Shown here: piece by piece, positions 28,351-40,016 of the stretch
Layout: each line of letters begins with the position of its first letter
Numbering within the stretch: the first letter of the stretch is position 1
NCBI GenBank assembly: GCA_016710015.1
Contig: JADJLR010000002.1
Span: forward strand, 416,365 to 480,364
Reading direction: 5' to 3'
Source: Flavobacteriales bacterium
GTDB taxonomy: Bacteria; Bacteroidota; Bacteroidia; Flavobacteriales_F; PHOS-HE28
Length of the DNA: 64,000 nucleotides
Program-made: the position numbers and the translations under genes
The notes under the pieces: generated by a model
What the model was told of the DNA's origin: nothing
The model's database searches: none
The model's input: only the letters and a program-made list of their open reading frames with translations

Positions 28351-31300
28351 ATGATCCTCTGGATGCCCATTGCTCATAGGCGATCCCTGCTCCTAGTCAT
28401 ACTCCTGACCCATCTACTGCTAGCCGGTGCCGCTAGTGCCCAGTCCTATGTCTGGCAATGGGGACACTCGCTATCCAGCAGCGATAAGGAGGAGGTGACC
28501 GGGGTCGCGATGGACAATGCCTCAGGTGCGTCATACGCTTGTGGATATACAGAAGGAAATGGTCTTATCGGCGGATCAAGCGGGACCGTTGGAGGAAACG
28601 TGGATGCCTTCGTAATGAAGTACGACCAGAACGGCGTCCGTGAATGGGCGTTTACTCCAACAAGCCTGAATGATAGCAGAGCTACAGGTATTGCCTTGGA
28701 TGCCGCTGGGAATATCTATGTCTGTGGTTGGTTCAAAGGGGTTATTGACATTGCAGGTAACTCCGCGCTGGGAACAGGCTTATTGTCCAGTTCCGGCAAC
28801 ATAGACTGGTTCATCGCATCCTTTTCACCGAACGGAATACTGAGGTGGAAGGCCAAGCTCGGAGGATCCGGGGACGACCTTCCTGCCGGCATCGCCGTTT
28901 CAGGGGATCAGGTCTCCGTGTTCGGGACCGTCAAAGGGCGGATCACGACCTCGTTCGGATCCATTTCAAACAGTCTGCCCTCCGGCAAAGAGAACTTGGT
29001 GATCGTCAGTTATGGATTGAACGGGACCGGCCAGTGGCTGATCTCCGGAGGAAGTGGCGATGATGAGATCCCACGATCCATCGCTAAGGACGCGAGCCGT
29101 GTGTTCGTGGCATTCAGGGCGAAGAACAACCCCTTCAGATGGTACGATCCAGCAGGTGCGGTCCTATCAAGTCACTCCAATTCGACGGACAAGGAAGTGC
29201 GGATTTCCGCGTTCAGCATCAGCGCTGCACACTTATGGACCACTTCCCTTTTCGAAAATGACAACGTGGACATTAGTGGGGCGGGCATGGCGGCGGGCTG
29301 CGATGCGCTCTACTATTCCAGCATCAGTCATTCTCCCTGCACATTCCCGGGAGTTGGCGTGGTCAACACCGGTACGCATGATTTCTTCTACCTCGGTCGC
29401 ATCGACCCGAACACCGGTCTATTTCAATGGGTGACCACCGGCACTACGACCGGTTCCACCCATACCATAGGAGGAACAGGAATAGCGATCGGAAGAGCAG
29501 GAGCGGTGCATGTGGTCGGCAACTTCAAGGACGATGTTTCGATCGATGGAAATACGTTGTTGTCAAGTACAGGTAAGGTCCAACCGTTCGTTGCCACCTT
29601 CCGGTCCTCCGGCATCCTCGTCCGGAACGACAAACTGACCAGTTCCAAGGATGCTTGGGGGGCATGTATTGCTTCTGACGCACAAGGAAGGCTCGCCATA
29701 GGAGGGCGCTTCAACACGAATATCTCGAGCAGTACGATTCCATTGACGGGACCTTCCAATGACAACGGTTACCTTTTCAAGGGTTCCATTGCCAATTTAG
29801 GCGGTGCCGAACCCTCTGCTTGGACCCCGCCTGGGACCATGTGTTCGAATGCGGGTCCATTTTCGTTGAATTCCTTGCTCATAGCCTACGGGAGCGGACC
29901 AGCAGTATCTGTCGCTAATTCCAGCAATGTGGTCTCGCCAAATGGAGCGCTCGGTGCCGTACTTGGCAGCTACGCACAGTTCAACACCGCTGGTGGGCAT
30001 ATCACCGTAGACCTTGGGGTCACAGTACCCTCCGGAACGACGATCAGTGTACTCTGGCGCACATCAGGAGCATCAGCCTCTGCGAACATCCTTTCCGGAA
30101 CAACCACCAGCCCGACAGCTTCTGCAGGCACGATCAGCACGGCCTCCAATTCGGCGATCTATTCGGATATCACGCTGTCCGGTCCTGCGCGATACATCAG
30201 GCTCCAACGTCCAAGTTCGGGCAGCTCGAATTTCGAAGTGGACGGTATCTACTACAGTTTCGGCAATGACCTTAGCGGCACATGGTCCGGACCAGGCGTG
30301 TCCGGATCCACCTTCAACCCTGCGGGACTGTCCGGAGCCGTTGCGTTGACCTATACCGTCGGCAGCGGATCCTGTGCATCGTCCACGACCGATTCCATCC
30401 AAGTGACCGCAGCTCCGAACGCAGGTACGAACGGAACGCTGTCGACGTGCAGTGGTTCACCAGCAGCCAGCTTATTCGCACAATTGGGTGGTACTCCGCA
30501 GACCGGTGGCATCTGGTCGGGACCAAGCCCAGTAGTCGGTGGCATGTTCGATCCGAGCAACATGAGCCCCGGCAACTACATGTACACCGTTGCTCCGACA
30601 GGTATTTGTGCGGGTTCGGCCACAGCATCGGCCTCTGTGACGGTCGGTGCCACCCCGAGTGGTGGCACCTTCACTGGGAATGGGGTGGTTTGCCCTTCCC
30701 CAGCGACCGGTACGCTGACGATAACCGGATATAGCGGCACGATCGTTCGTTGGAGGGTATCAACGAACGGCGGCACGCTTTGGACCTCGATCGGCTCCAC
30801 AAATTCCAGCATCACGTGGAGCAACCTCACCGGTCCAACACAGTACATGGTGGAACTAAGCCAACCCGGTTGTGGAACTGGTTTCAGTCCGGTGGCCACA
30901 CTGACGCCGCAAGACATGATCGCACCATCGATCATTTGCCCGGCGGTCGCCCCGATCCAAACCGCTTACGCCACGCCCTCATGCTCCATGCAAGTTCCCG
31001 ACTTCAGGACCTTGTACACTGCATCGGACAATTGCACGGCCACACCGACCATCGTCCAGGATCCGGCGGCGAACACATTCGTACCATTCGCGGAATACTT
31101 GTTGGTCCAACTGAAAGCCGTGGACGCGGCCGGAAATGGTTCCGCATCGTGCATGGCTACCATCATCGGTGTGGATACACTTCCTCCGACCTATAGCTGT
31201 CCAGGGGATGTGAATATCAATACCGATCCAGGTGCCTGCGGTGCAAGTCGCACGTTCTCGCCTATCGGATATTCGGACAACTGTTACGGGAATGGTAATT

Positions 31301-34300
31301 CGGAAGCGCTCTACCTCGCTCCCGGGAACGTGAGCCAGACGCCACTCTCGATATTCGACCCGACGGATTGGGTAGATATCACCGCGACCCCAACTCAGAC
31401 CCTTTCATTGGGTGATCATACGGTAGCCTATGTGCACGAGAACGGCGTTGAGGACGTAGTGCTTTGTTCGCAGATCATTCGAGTGACAGATTCACAACCT
31501 CCACAGATCTCCTGTCCAGCGGGTGTTCTGGCAATCACCAACACCGGTTGTACCGCTACTGGTGTCGCCCTCGGTACGCCGGTGTCTAGTGACAACTGCG
31601 GTGTGGCTTCCGTAACGAACGATGCTCCGGCCGTCTTCCCGATCGGTGTGACCACCGTGACCTGGACCGTGACCGACAACGCTGGATCGACCGCTACCTG
31701 CACACAGACCGTCACCGTGAGCGACAACGTGCCACCTACGATCACCTGCCCGGCCGACGTTGCCGTGAACACCAACAGTGGTTGTACCGCTACTGGTGTC
31801 GCCCTCGGTACGCCGGTGTCTAGTGACAACTGCGGTGTGGCTTCCGTAACGAACGATGCTCCGGCCGTCTTCCCGATCGGTGTGACCACCGTGACCTGGA
31901 CCGTGACCGACAACGCTGGATCGACCGCTACCTGCACACAGACCGTCACCGTGAGCGACAACGTGCCACCTACGATCACCTGCCCGGCCGACGTTGCCGT
32001 CAACACCAACAGTGGTTGTACCGCTACTGGTGTCGCCCTCGGTACGCCGGTGTCTAGTGACAACTGCGGTGTGGCCACCGTGACGAACGATGCTCCGGCC
32101 GTCTTCCCGATCGGTGTGACCACCGTGATCTGGACCGTGACCGACAACGCTGGACTGACCGCTACTTGCACACAGACCGTCACCGTGAGCGACAACGTGC
32201 CACCTACGATCACCTGCCCGGCCGACGTTGCCGTCAACACCAACAGTGGTTGTACCGCTACTGGTGTCGTCCTCGGTACGCCGGTGTCTAGTGACAACTG
32301 CGGTGTGGCTTCCGTGACGAACGATGCTCCGGCCGTCTTCCCGATCGGTGTGACCACCGTGATCTGGACCGTGACCGACAACGCTGGACGGACCGCTACC
32401 TGCCACAGACCGTCACCGAGGACACGCCACCTCGCCGGCCGACGGCTGGAACACCAACAGTGTCCGTGTCCCGCGGGTAACACGGGCCCTCGCGCGCTCT
32501 GTGCGCCACCATGCCGGACCGACAACGCTGGACTGACCGCTACTTGCACACAGACCGTCACCGTGAGCGACAACGTGCCACCTACGATCACCTGCCCGGC
32601 CGACGTTGCCGTGAACACCAACAGTGGTTGTACCGCTACTGGTGTCGCCCTCGGTACGCCGGTGTCTAGTGACAACTGCGGTGTGGCTTCCGTACGAACA
32701 TGCTCCGGCTCTCGTCCGCCGGCAGTACTGGTGTGCCTCGGTACGCGGTGTCTAGTGACAACTGCGGTGTGGCTTCCGTGACGAACGATGCTCCGGCCGT
32801 CTTCCTGGTGTGACACCGGATCGGACCGTGACCGACAACGCTGGATCGCCGCTACCTGCCACAGACCGTCACCGTGAGCGACAACGTGCCACCTAGATCG
32901 CCTGCCCGGCCGACGTTGCCGTCAACACCAACAGTGGTTGTACCGCTACTGGTGTCGCCCTCGGTACGCCGGTGTCTAGTGACAACTGCGGTGTGGCTTC
33001 CGTGACGAACGATGCTCCGGCCGTCTTCCTGATCGGTGCGACCACCGTGACCTGGACCGTGACCGACAACGCTGGACTGACCGCTACTTGCACACAGACC
33101 GTCACCGTGAGCGACAACGTGCCACCTACGATCACCTGCCCGGCCGACGTTGCCGTCAACACCAACAGTGGTTGTACCGCTACTGGTGTCGCCCTCGGTA
33201 CGCCGGTGTCTAGTGACAACTGGGTGTGGCCTCTGCCGTCGTGGACCGAGTGACACTGCCACCACTCCCTGCCGTGCCCCAGGGTGTCCCTGGTGTCGTC
33301 CTCGGTACACCGGTGTCTAGTGACAACTGCGGTGTGGCTTCCGTGACGAACGATGCTCCGGCCGTCTTCCCGATCGGTGTGACCACCGTGACCTGGACCG
33401 TGACCGACAACGCTGGACTGACCGCTACTTGCACACAGACCGTCACCGTGAGCGACAACGTGCCACCTACGATCACCTGCCCGGTCGACGTTGCCGTCAA
33501 CACCAACAGTGGTTGTACCGCTACTGGTGTCGCCCTCGGTACGCCGGTGTCTAGTGACAACTGCGGTGTGGCCACCGTAACGAACGATGCTCCGGCCGTC
33601 TTCCCGATCGGTGTGACCACCGTGATCTGGACCGTGACCGACAACGCTGGACTGACCGCTACTTGCACACAGACCGTCACCGTTTCGGATGCGACGGCCC
33701 CTTCTGCTGACTGTCAGAATATTACCGTTCAACTTGATGCAAGCGGTAGCGCTACCATCACGCCTGCTTCCATTGATGGCGGCAGTAGCGATAACTGTAG
33801 TGGCTTTACTCTGAGCGCTTCTCAGACTGTCTTCAACTGTAGCCATATTGGAGTAAATACCGTGACACTCACCGTTACGGATGCTTCCGGCAACGTGGGT
33901 ACGTGCGATGCGATCGTAACCGTGGAGGACACCATCGATCCCACTATCACTTGCCCAGGAGATCAAACCGTACAACTGGCATTCGGTAGCACCGGCACTT
34001 GGTATGTACCTGTCATCAACGCGAATGACAATTGTGGAATTTCAGCGATCGCCCCAGCCGTTACGGACAGTTTGTGGCTCACTGCCGGAACGCATGCACT
34101 CGCCTATACAGCTTATGATGCAGCCGGGAATTCCTTTGAATGTGATTTTGAAGTGACAGTAGACATCTTAGATTGCTTTGGAACGCCAAATGGTACCGCA
34201 TTCCTTGACAACTGCGCAACATGCGTGGGTGGCAACACCGGTGAAGTAGCTTGCGTGCAAGACTGCAACGGTGACTTCGGCGGTACGGCATTCCTTGACA

Positions 34301-37300
34301 ACTGCGCAACTTGCGTGGGCGGCAACACCGGTGAAGTAGCTTGCGTGCAAGACTGCAACGGTGACTTCGGCGGTACGGCATTCCTTGACAACTGCGCAAC
34401 TTGCGTGGGTGGCAACACCGGTGAAGTGGCTTGTGTGGCTGACTGCAACGGTGACTTCGGTGGTACCGCATTCCTCGACAACTGCGCAACTTGCGTGGGT
34501 GGCAACACCGGTGAAGTGGCTTGTGTGGCTGACTGCAACGGTGACTTCGGCGGTACGGCATTCCTCGACAACTGCGCAACCTGCGTGGGTGGCAACACCG
34601 GTGAAGTAGCTTGTGTGGCTGACTGCAACGGTGACTTCGGCGGTACGGCATTCCTCGACAACTGCGCAACCTGCGTGGGTGGCAACACCGGTGAAGTAGC
34701 TTGTGTGGCTGACTGCAACGGTGACTTCGGCGGTACGGCATTCCTCGACAACTGCGCAACCTGCGTGGGCGGCAACACCGGTGAAGTAGCTTGTATCCAA
34801 GACTGCAACGGTGACTTCGGCGGTACGGCAGTCCTCGACAACTGCGCAACCTGCGTGGGCGGCAACACCGGTGAAGTAGCTTGTATCCAAGACTGCAACG
34901 GTGACTTTGGCGGAACGGCATTCCTCGACAATTGCGCAACCTGCGTGGGCGGAAACACCGGTGAAGTAGCTTGTATCCAAGACTGCAACGGTGACTTCGG
35001 CGGTACGGCATTCCTCGACAACTGCGCAACTTGCGTGGGTGGCAACACCGGTGAAGTAGCTTGTGTCCAAGACTGTAACGGTGACTTTGGCGGTACGGCA
35101 TTCATCGACAACTGCGCAACCTGCGTGGGTGGCAACACCGGTGAAGTAGCTTGTATCCAAGACTGCAACGGTGACTTCGGCGGTACGGCATTCATCGACA
35201 ATTGCGCAACCTGCGTCGGTGGCAACACCGGTGAAGTAGCTTGTGTGGCTGACTGCAACGGTGACTTCGGCGGAACAGCATTCCTCGACAACTGCGCAAC
35301 TTGCGTGGGTGGCAACACCGGTGAAGTAGCTTGTGTGGCTGACTGCAACGGTGACTTCGGCGGAACAGCATTCCTCGACAACTGCGCAACTTGCGTGGGT
35401 GGCAACACCGGTGAAGTAGCTTGTGTGGCTGACTGCAACGGTGACTTCGGCGGTACGGCATTCATCGACAATTGCGCAACCTGCGTCGGTGGCAACACCG
35501 GTGAAGTAGCTTGTGTGGCTGACTGCAACGGTGACTTCGGCGGAACAGCATTCCTCGACAACTGCGCAACTTGCGTGGGTGGCAACACCGGTGAAGTAGC
35601 TTGTGTGGCTGACTGCAACGGTGACTTCGGCGGAACAGCATTCCTCGACAACTGCGCAACCTGCGTCGGTGGCAACACCGGTGAAGTAGCTTGTGTGGCT
35701 GACTGCAACGGTGACTTTGGCGGAACAGCATTCATCGACAACTGCGCAACCTGCGTGGGTGGCAACACCGGTGAAGTAGCTTGTGTCCAAGACTGCAACG
35801 GCGACTTTGGCGGCACAGCATTCCTCGACAACTGCGCAACCTGCGTGGGCGGCAACACCGGTGAAGTGGCTTGTGTCCAAGACTGCAACGGCGACTTCGG
35901 TGGAACGGCATTCCTTGACAACTGCGCAACTTGCGTGGGCGGCAACACCGGTGAAGTAGCTTGTGTGGCTGACTGCAACGGTGACTTCGGCGGAACAGCA
36001 TTCATCGACAACTGCGCAACCTGCGTGGGTGGCAACACCGGTGAAGTAGCTTGTATCCAAGACTGCAACGGTGACTTCGGCGGTACGGCATTCCTCGACA
36101 ATTGCGCAACCTGCGTGGGTGGCAACACCGGTGAAGTAGCTTGTGTGGCTGACTGCAACGGTGACTTCGGCGGAACAGCATTCCTCGACAACTGCGCAAC
36201 CTGCGTGGGTGGCAACACCGGTGAAGTAGCTTGTATCCAAGACTGCAACGGTGACTTCGGCGGTACGGCATTCCTCGACAACTGCGCAACTTGCGTGGGT
36301 GGCAACACCGGTGAAGTAGCTTGTATCCAAGACTGCAACGGTGACTTCGGCGGAACAGCATTCATCGACAACTGCGCAACCTGCGTGGGTGGCAACACCG
36401 GTGAAGTGGCTTGTGTCCAAGACTGCAACGGCGACTTCGGTGGAACGGCATTCCTTGACAACTGCGCAACTTGCGTGGGCGGCAACACCGGTGAAGTAGC
36501 TTGTGTGGCTGACTGCAACGGTGACTTCGGCGGTACGGCATTCATCGACAATTGCGCAACCTGCGTGGGCGGCAACACCGGTGAAGTGGCTTGTGTCCAA
36601 GACTGCAACGGCGACTTCGGTGGAACAGCATTCATCGACAACTGCGCAACCTGCGTGGGAGGTAACACCGGTGAAGTAGCTTGTGTGGCTGACTGCAACG
36701 GTGACTTCGGCGGTACGGCATTCCTTGACAACTGCGCAACTTGCGTGGGTGGCAACACCGGTGAAGTAGCTTGTGTGGCTGACTGCAACGGTGACTTCGG
36801 CGGAACAGCATTCCTCGACAACTGCGCAACCTGCGTCGGTGGCAACACCGGTGAAGTAGCTTGTGTGGCTGACTGCAACGGTGACTTCGGCGGAACAGCA
36901 TTCATCGACAACTGCGCAACCTGCGTGGGTGGCAACACCGGTGAAGTAGCTTGTATCCAAGACTGCAACGGTGACTTCGGCGGAACAGCATTCATCGACA
37001 ACTGCGCAACCTGCGTGGGCGGCAACACCGGTGAAGTGGCTTGTGTCCAAGACTGCAACGGCGACTTCGGTGGAACGGCATTCCTTGACAACTGCGCAAC
37101 TTGCGTGGGTGGCAACACCGGTGAAGTAGCTTGTGTCCAAGACTGCAACGGTGACTTCGGCGGTACGGCATTCATCGACAATTGCGCAACCTGCGTGGGC
37201 GGAAACACCGGTGAAGTAGCTTGTGTGGCTGACTGCAACGGTGACTTCGGCGGTACAGCATTCATCGACAACTGCGCAACCTGCGTCGGTGGCAACACCG

Positions 37301-39096
37301 GTGAAGTAGCTTGTGTCCAAGACTGCAACGGTGACTTTGGCGGCACAGCTTTCATCGACAATTGCGCAACCTGCGTGGGTGGCAACACCGGTGAAGTGGC
37401 TTGCACCGCTGACTGCAACGGTGACTTCGGCGGTACGGCACTTCCAGGCACGACCTGTGACGACAACAATGCCAACACGGTAGGTGACACATGGAACACA
37501 AGCTGCGCGTGTATCGGAACACCGATCAACTTCGATTGCGAAGGCGTTAGTGGCGGAAGTGCTTCACCCGGAACCGCTTGTGACGATCAAAACGAAGGCA
37601 CCATCAACGACATCTGGACCGCAGATTGCCAGTGTAGCGGAACGATCGTATCGTGCAGCAGTGATGCAGGTGCCGACCAAAGCACGTGTGCAACAGCATT
37701 GAATTTGAACGCGAGCGGCATAGGTTCATGGAGTGGTCCGGGGTTCGTGACCATATCTGAGATCGACTCTCCTCAGTCCTTGATAACGTGTACCGTCCCT
37801 GGCACCTATACACTTGTTTGGACCGTAAGCATTCCAGGCTGCACGGCGACGGACGACGTAGAGGTGACCTTCCATGGAACACCGGATGCTTCATTCACCT
37901 ACGCGAGCACCACGATCTGCTCCGATGGCTCCATCATATCCCCTTCCACCTCCACCACGGGCGGCACGTTCATGGCACCGACCGGGCTAGCGATCAACGC
38001 TAGTAGTGGCGCTATCGATCCGAGCAACAGTGAGCAAGGCAGCTATGAAGTCACCTACACGTTGGATGGCACTTGTCCGATAAGCTCCATGCAAGTGATC
38101 ACCGTGAATGATGCATTGGACCCTTCTTGGGCCGCTCCGCAATCGGTCTGTGCAAACGCAACGATCATCTCTTTGGACGAATTGATCACCGGTGATGGTG
38201 GCGGTATCTGGAGTGGACAGGGCGTGAATGCAGCTATGTTCGACCCCGCAGTAGTAGAGGGTAGCTCGTTGGTGACCTATACCGTTGGCTCGGGTAGCTG
38301 CGAACAGAGCAGCAGTGCTACGATCGTTGTGACTCCGGCACCGCAAGCCAATGGAGGAGCCGATGCATTCACGTGTGATCCCGAATACCAATTATCGGCG
38401 AACGCTTTCGGTGGAACCGGGATATGGAGTACCGATGGCATGGCCCAATTCCTGCCAAATGCCTCCGACCCGAACGCGATCGTGACCGGAGCAGGTCCCG
38501 GAACGTATGTCCTCTTCTGGACGGTCTCCAATGACGTTTGCTCTTCCACGGACACGATACGGATCACATTCCTCGACCCGGCCACCGACCTGACCATCGA
38601 TGCCGGACAAGACCAGATCTTGGAGGTAGAGACCAACACATTCTTGGAAGCGACCACCACTCCTGGAGCGAATGTGACATGGACCCTACTGAATGGATCC
38701 GGGTCCATCGCAACGCCGAACGCGGCTCAAACCGACGTTCATGGCTTGGGTATCGGTCCCAATACATTCATCGCCACGGTGTCATTGGGTCAATGTATCG
38801 GTACATCGGATACGATCGTCGTGCGGGTGAAGGATCTATTCATTCCACAAGGTTTCTCACCGAACGGGGATGGCGACAACGACCTGTTCGAAGTGACCGG
38901 CATGGCGGCCTATCCGGGAAGCGAACTGATGATCTACAACCGTTGGGGGCAAGAAGTGTTCTCCGACCCAGCCTATGCCAACGGTTGGGGCGGAAGGTCC
39001 AAGAATGGAAGCGACCTACCCAATGACACCTATTTCTACCTGCTGAACCTATCTGACGGAACCGCGTACAACGGCTTCGTAGTCATCAAACGATGA
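28351..39096 (+). CDS. giant SprB-like cell-surface adhesin with T9SS type B (gliding motility-associated) C-terminal domain; reading frame disrupted within the HYR array (about 32400-33300)
   Basis: Signal peptide MILWMPIAHRRSLLLVILLTHLLLAGAASAQ. N-terminal beta-propeller-like repeats, then HYR (hyalin-repeat) domains (DNVPPTITCPADVAVNTNSGCTATG...SSDNCGVASVTNDAPAVFPIGVTTVTWTVTDNAG). Next come 36 x 30-aa Cys-rich repeats, PKD/SprB-like domains, and the C-terminus KDLFIPQGFSPNGDGDNDLFEVTGMAAYPGSELMIYNRWGQEVF...NDTYFYLL (TIGR04131-type). Three ORF pieces (28351..32781, 32972..33253, 33226..39096) are joined by degraded repeat copies. A PorP/SprF gene follows immediately. Confidence 0.75.
31490..33690 (+). 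repeat. tandem 240-bp (80-aa) near-identical HYR-domain coding repeats, ~9 copies, three of them degraded by indels
   Basis: The string gtgccacctacgatcacctgcccggccgacgttgcc recurs at a 240-nt period (e.g. 31729, 31969, 32209). The junk segments 32395-32520, 32690-32900 and 33205-33300 are recognisably the same repeat with many small deletions. Confidence 0.8.
34167..37440 (+). repeat. 36 tandem copies of a 90-bp unit encoding a 30-aa four-cysteine repeat DCNGDFGGTAF(L/I/V)DNCATCVGGNTGEVAC(V/I)(Q/A)
   Basis: Counted from the translation: 36 DCNGDFGG occurrences plus a degenerate first copy (DCFGTPNG). DNA copies differ mainly at third codon positions (ggc/ggt, acg/acc/aca, ctt/ctc, gta/gtg, tgc/tgt). 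The peptide varies only at V/I, Q/A and L/I/V. Confidence 0.9.
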
Positions 39097-40016
39097 GGAC
39101 CAAAGGACATATCCTCCTTGTCGTAGCCATGATCTGCGGGAAGCAAATGACCGGTCAACATACGCCATTGACAAGCCAATACCTGTTCAACGGATTGGTG
39201 ATCAATCCCGCCTATGCTGGCAGTCGTGATGCATTGGCGGCCAACCTCACCTATCGTCATCAATGGGCCGGTCTCGATGGTGCCCCGGTGACCCAGATCG
39301 CCAGCATCCATGCTCCAGTGGCCCGACGGAAGGTGGGTTTGGGACTCCTATTGTACAACGACAAGATCGGCGTGAGCCAAGAGACCGGTCTCTTTTCGAA
39401 CTACGCGTACCGTGTGCGGTTCAGAAATGGGAAACTCTCCTTCGGACTGGGTGCCGGCCTCACCTTCCTACGCAGCCAATGGTCGACCTTGGCGATCCAG
39501 CAGACCTCGGACATTTCCTTCGCCTCGGATACGCGTAGCGCCATTCGTCCCAACTTCAGTACAGGGGCCTTCTACTACACCAAGAATTGGTTCGTTGGAG
39601 TCTCCGCTCCTTTCCTGATCGTACACCGTTACTCGGTGAACAACGATGGCTGGAAGCTCTCGGACAGCCGTGGAGATCTGCAACCTATGCTAACGGGCGG
39701 GTACGTATTTGAACTTTCCCGGGAAGTGAAACTGAAACCGAGCACCTTGGTCCGTTACCGCACAGCGACCGGGGTTCAAGCCGACCTTAGCACGAACCTG
39801 ATCTACCAGGATCGGATCTGGTTGGGAGCATCATACCGCTCCGGAGATGCCTTCGTTGCCTCGCTCGAAGTGCTGCCCACACCCCAGTGGAGACTCGGAT
39901 ATGCGTATGATCTGGGAATGTCCAAACTACGTGCAGCTCATTTCGGTTCGCATGAGGTGATGCTCCAATATGAATTCGGCTACCGTATCCGAGTAAAAGA
40001 CCCTCGCTCATTCTAA
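39093..40016 (+). CDS. sprF: PorP/SprF family type IX secretion system membrane protein
   Basis: ATGA overlap with the adhesin stop. The N-terminus reads HTPLTSQYLFNGLVINPAYAGSRDALAANLTYRHQWAGLDGAPVT, typical of TIGR03519. It is about 300 aa with beta-barrel character. Confidence 0.85.
   Translation: MRTKGHILLVVAMICGKQMTGQHTPLTSQYLFNGLVINPAYAGSRDALAANLTYRHQWAGLDGAPVTQIASIHAPVARRKVGLGLLLYNDKIGVSQETGLFSNYAYRVRFRNGKLSFGLGAGLTFLRSQWSTLAIQQTSDISFASDTRSAIRPNFSTGAFYYTKNWFVGVSAPFLIVHRYSVNNDGWKLSDSRGDLQPMLTGGYVFELSREVKLKPSTLVRYRTATGVQADLSTNLIYQDRIWLGASYRSGDAFVASLEVLPTPQWRLGYAYDLGMSKLRAAHFGSHEVMLQYEFGYRIRVKDPRSF

Noticed and set aside
31428-33975. Minus-strand ORFs of 462, 304, 360 and 152 aa over the HYR repeats
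   Set aside because: Same artefact: these are antisense frames of near-identical 240-bp repeats in high-GC DNA.
34167-37440. Possible CRISPR array (regular 90-bp periodicity)
   Set aside because: There are no unique spacers. Every unit is homologous and in-frame within a large CDS, and there are no cas genes.
34113-37529. Very long minus-strand ORFs (1138 aa and 1050 aa) plus several 89-119 aa minus ORFs across the 90-bp repeat array
   Set aside because: They are antisense to a clearly coding tandem repeat. A stop-free frame is simply propagated 36 times, and the products are low-complexity (PPTQVAQLS…/HRCS…) with no independent start context.
33226-39096. Treating ORF 33226..39096 as an independent gene starting at its first Met
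   Set aside because: Its N-terminus begins mid-HYR repeat (…GVVLGTPVSSDNCG…) with no signal peptide. It is the continuation of the 28351 gene after a disrupted repeat.
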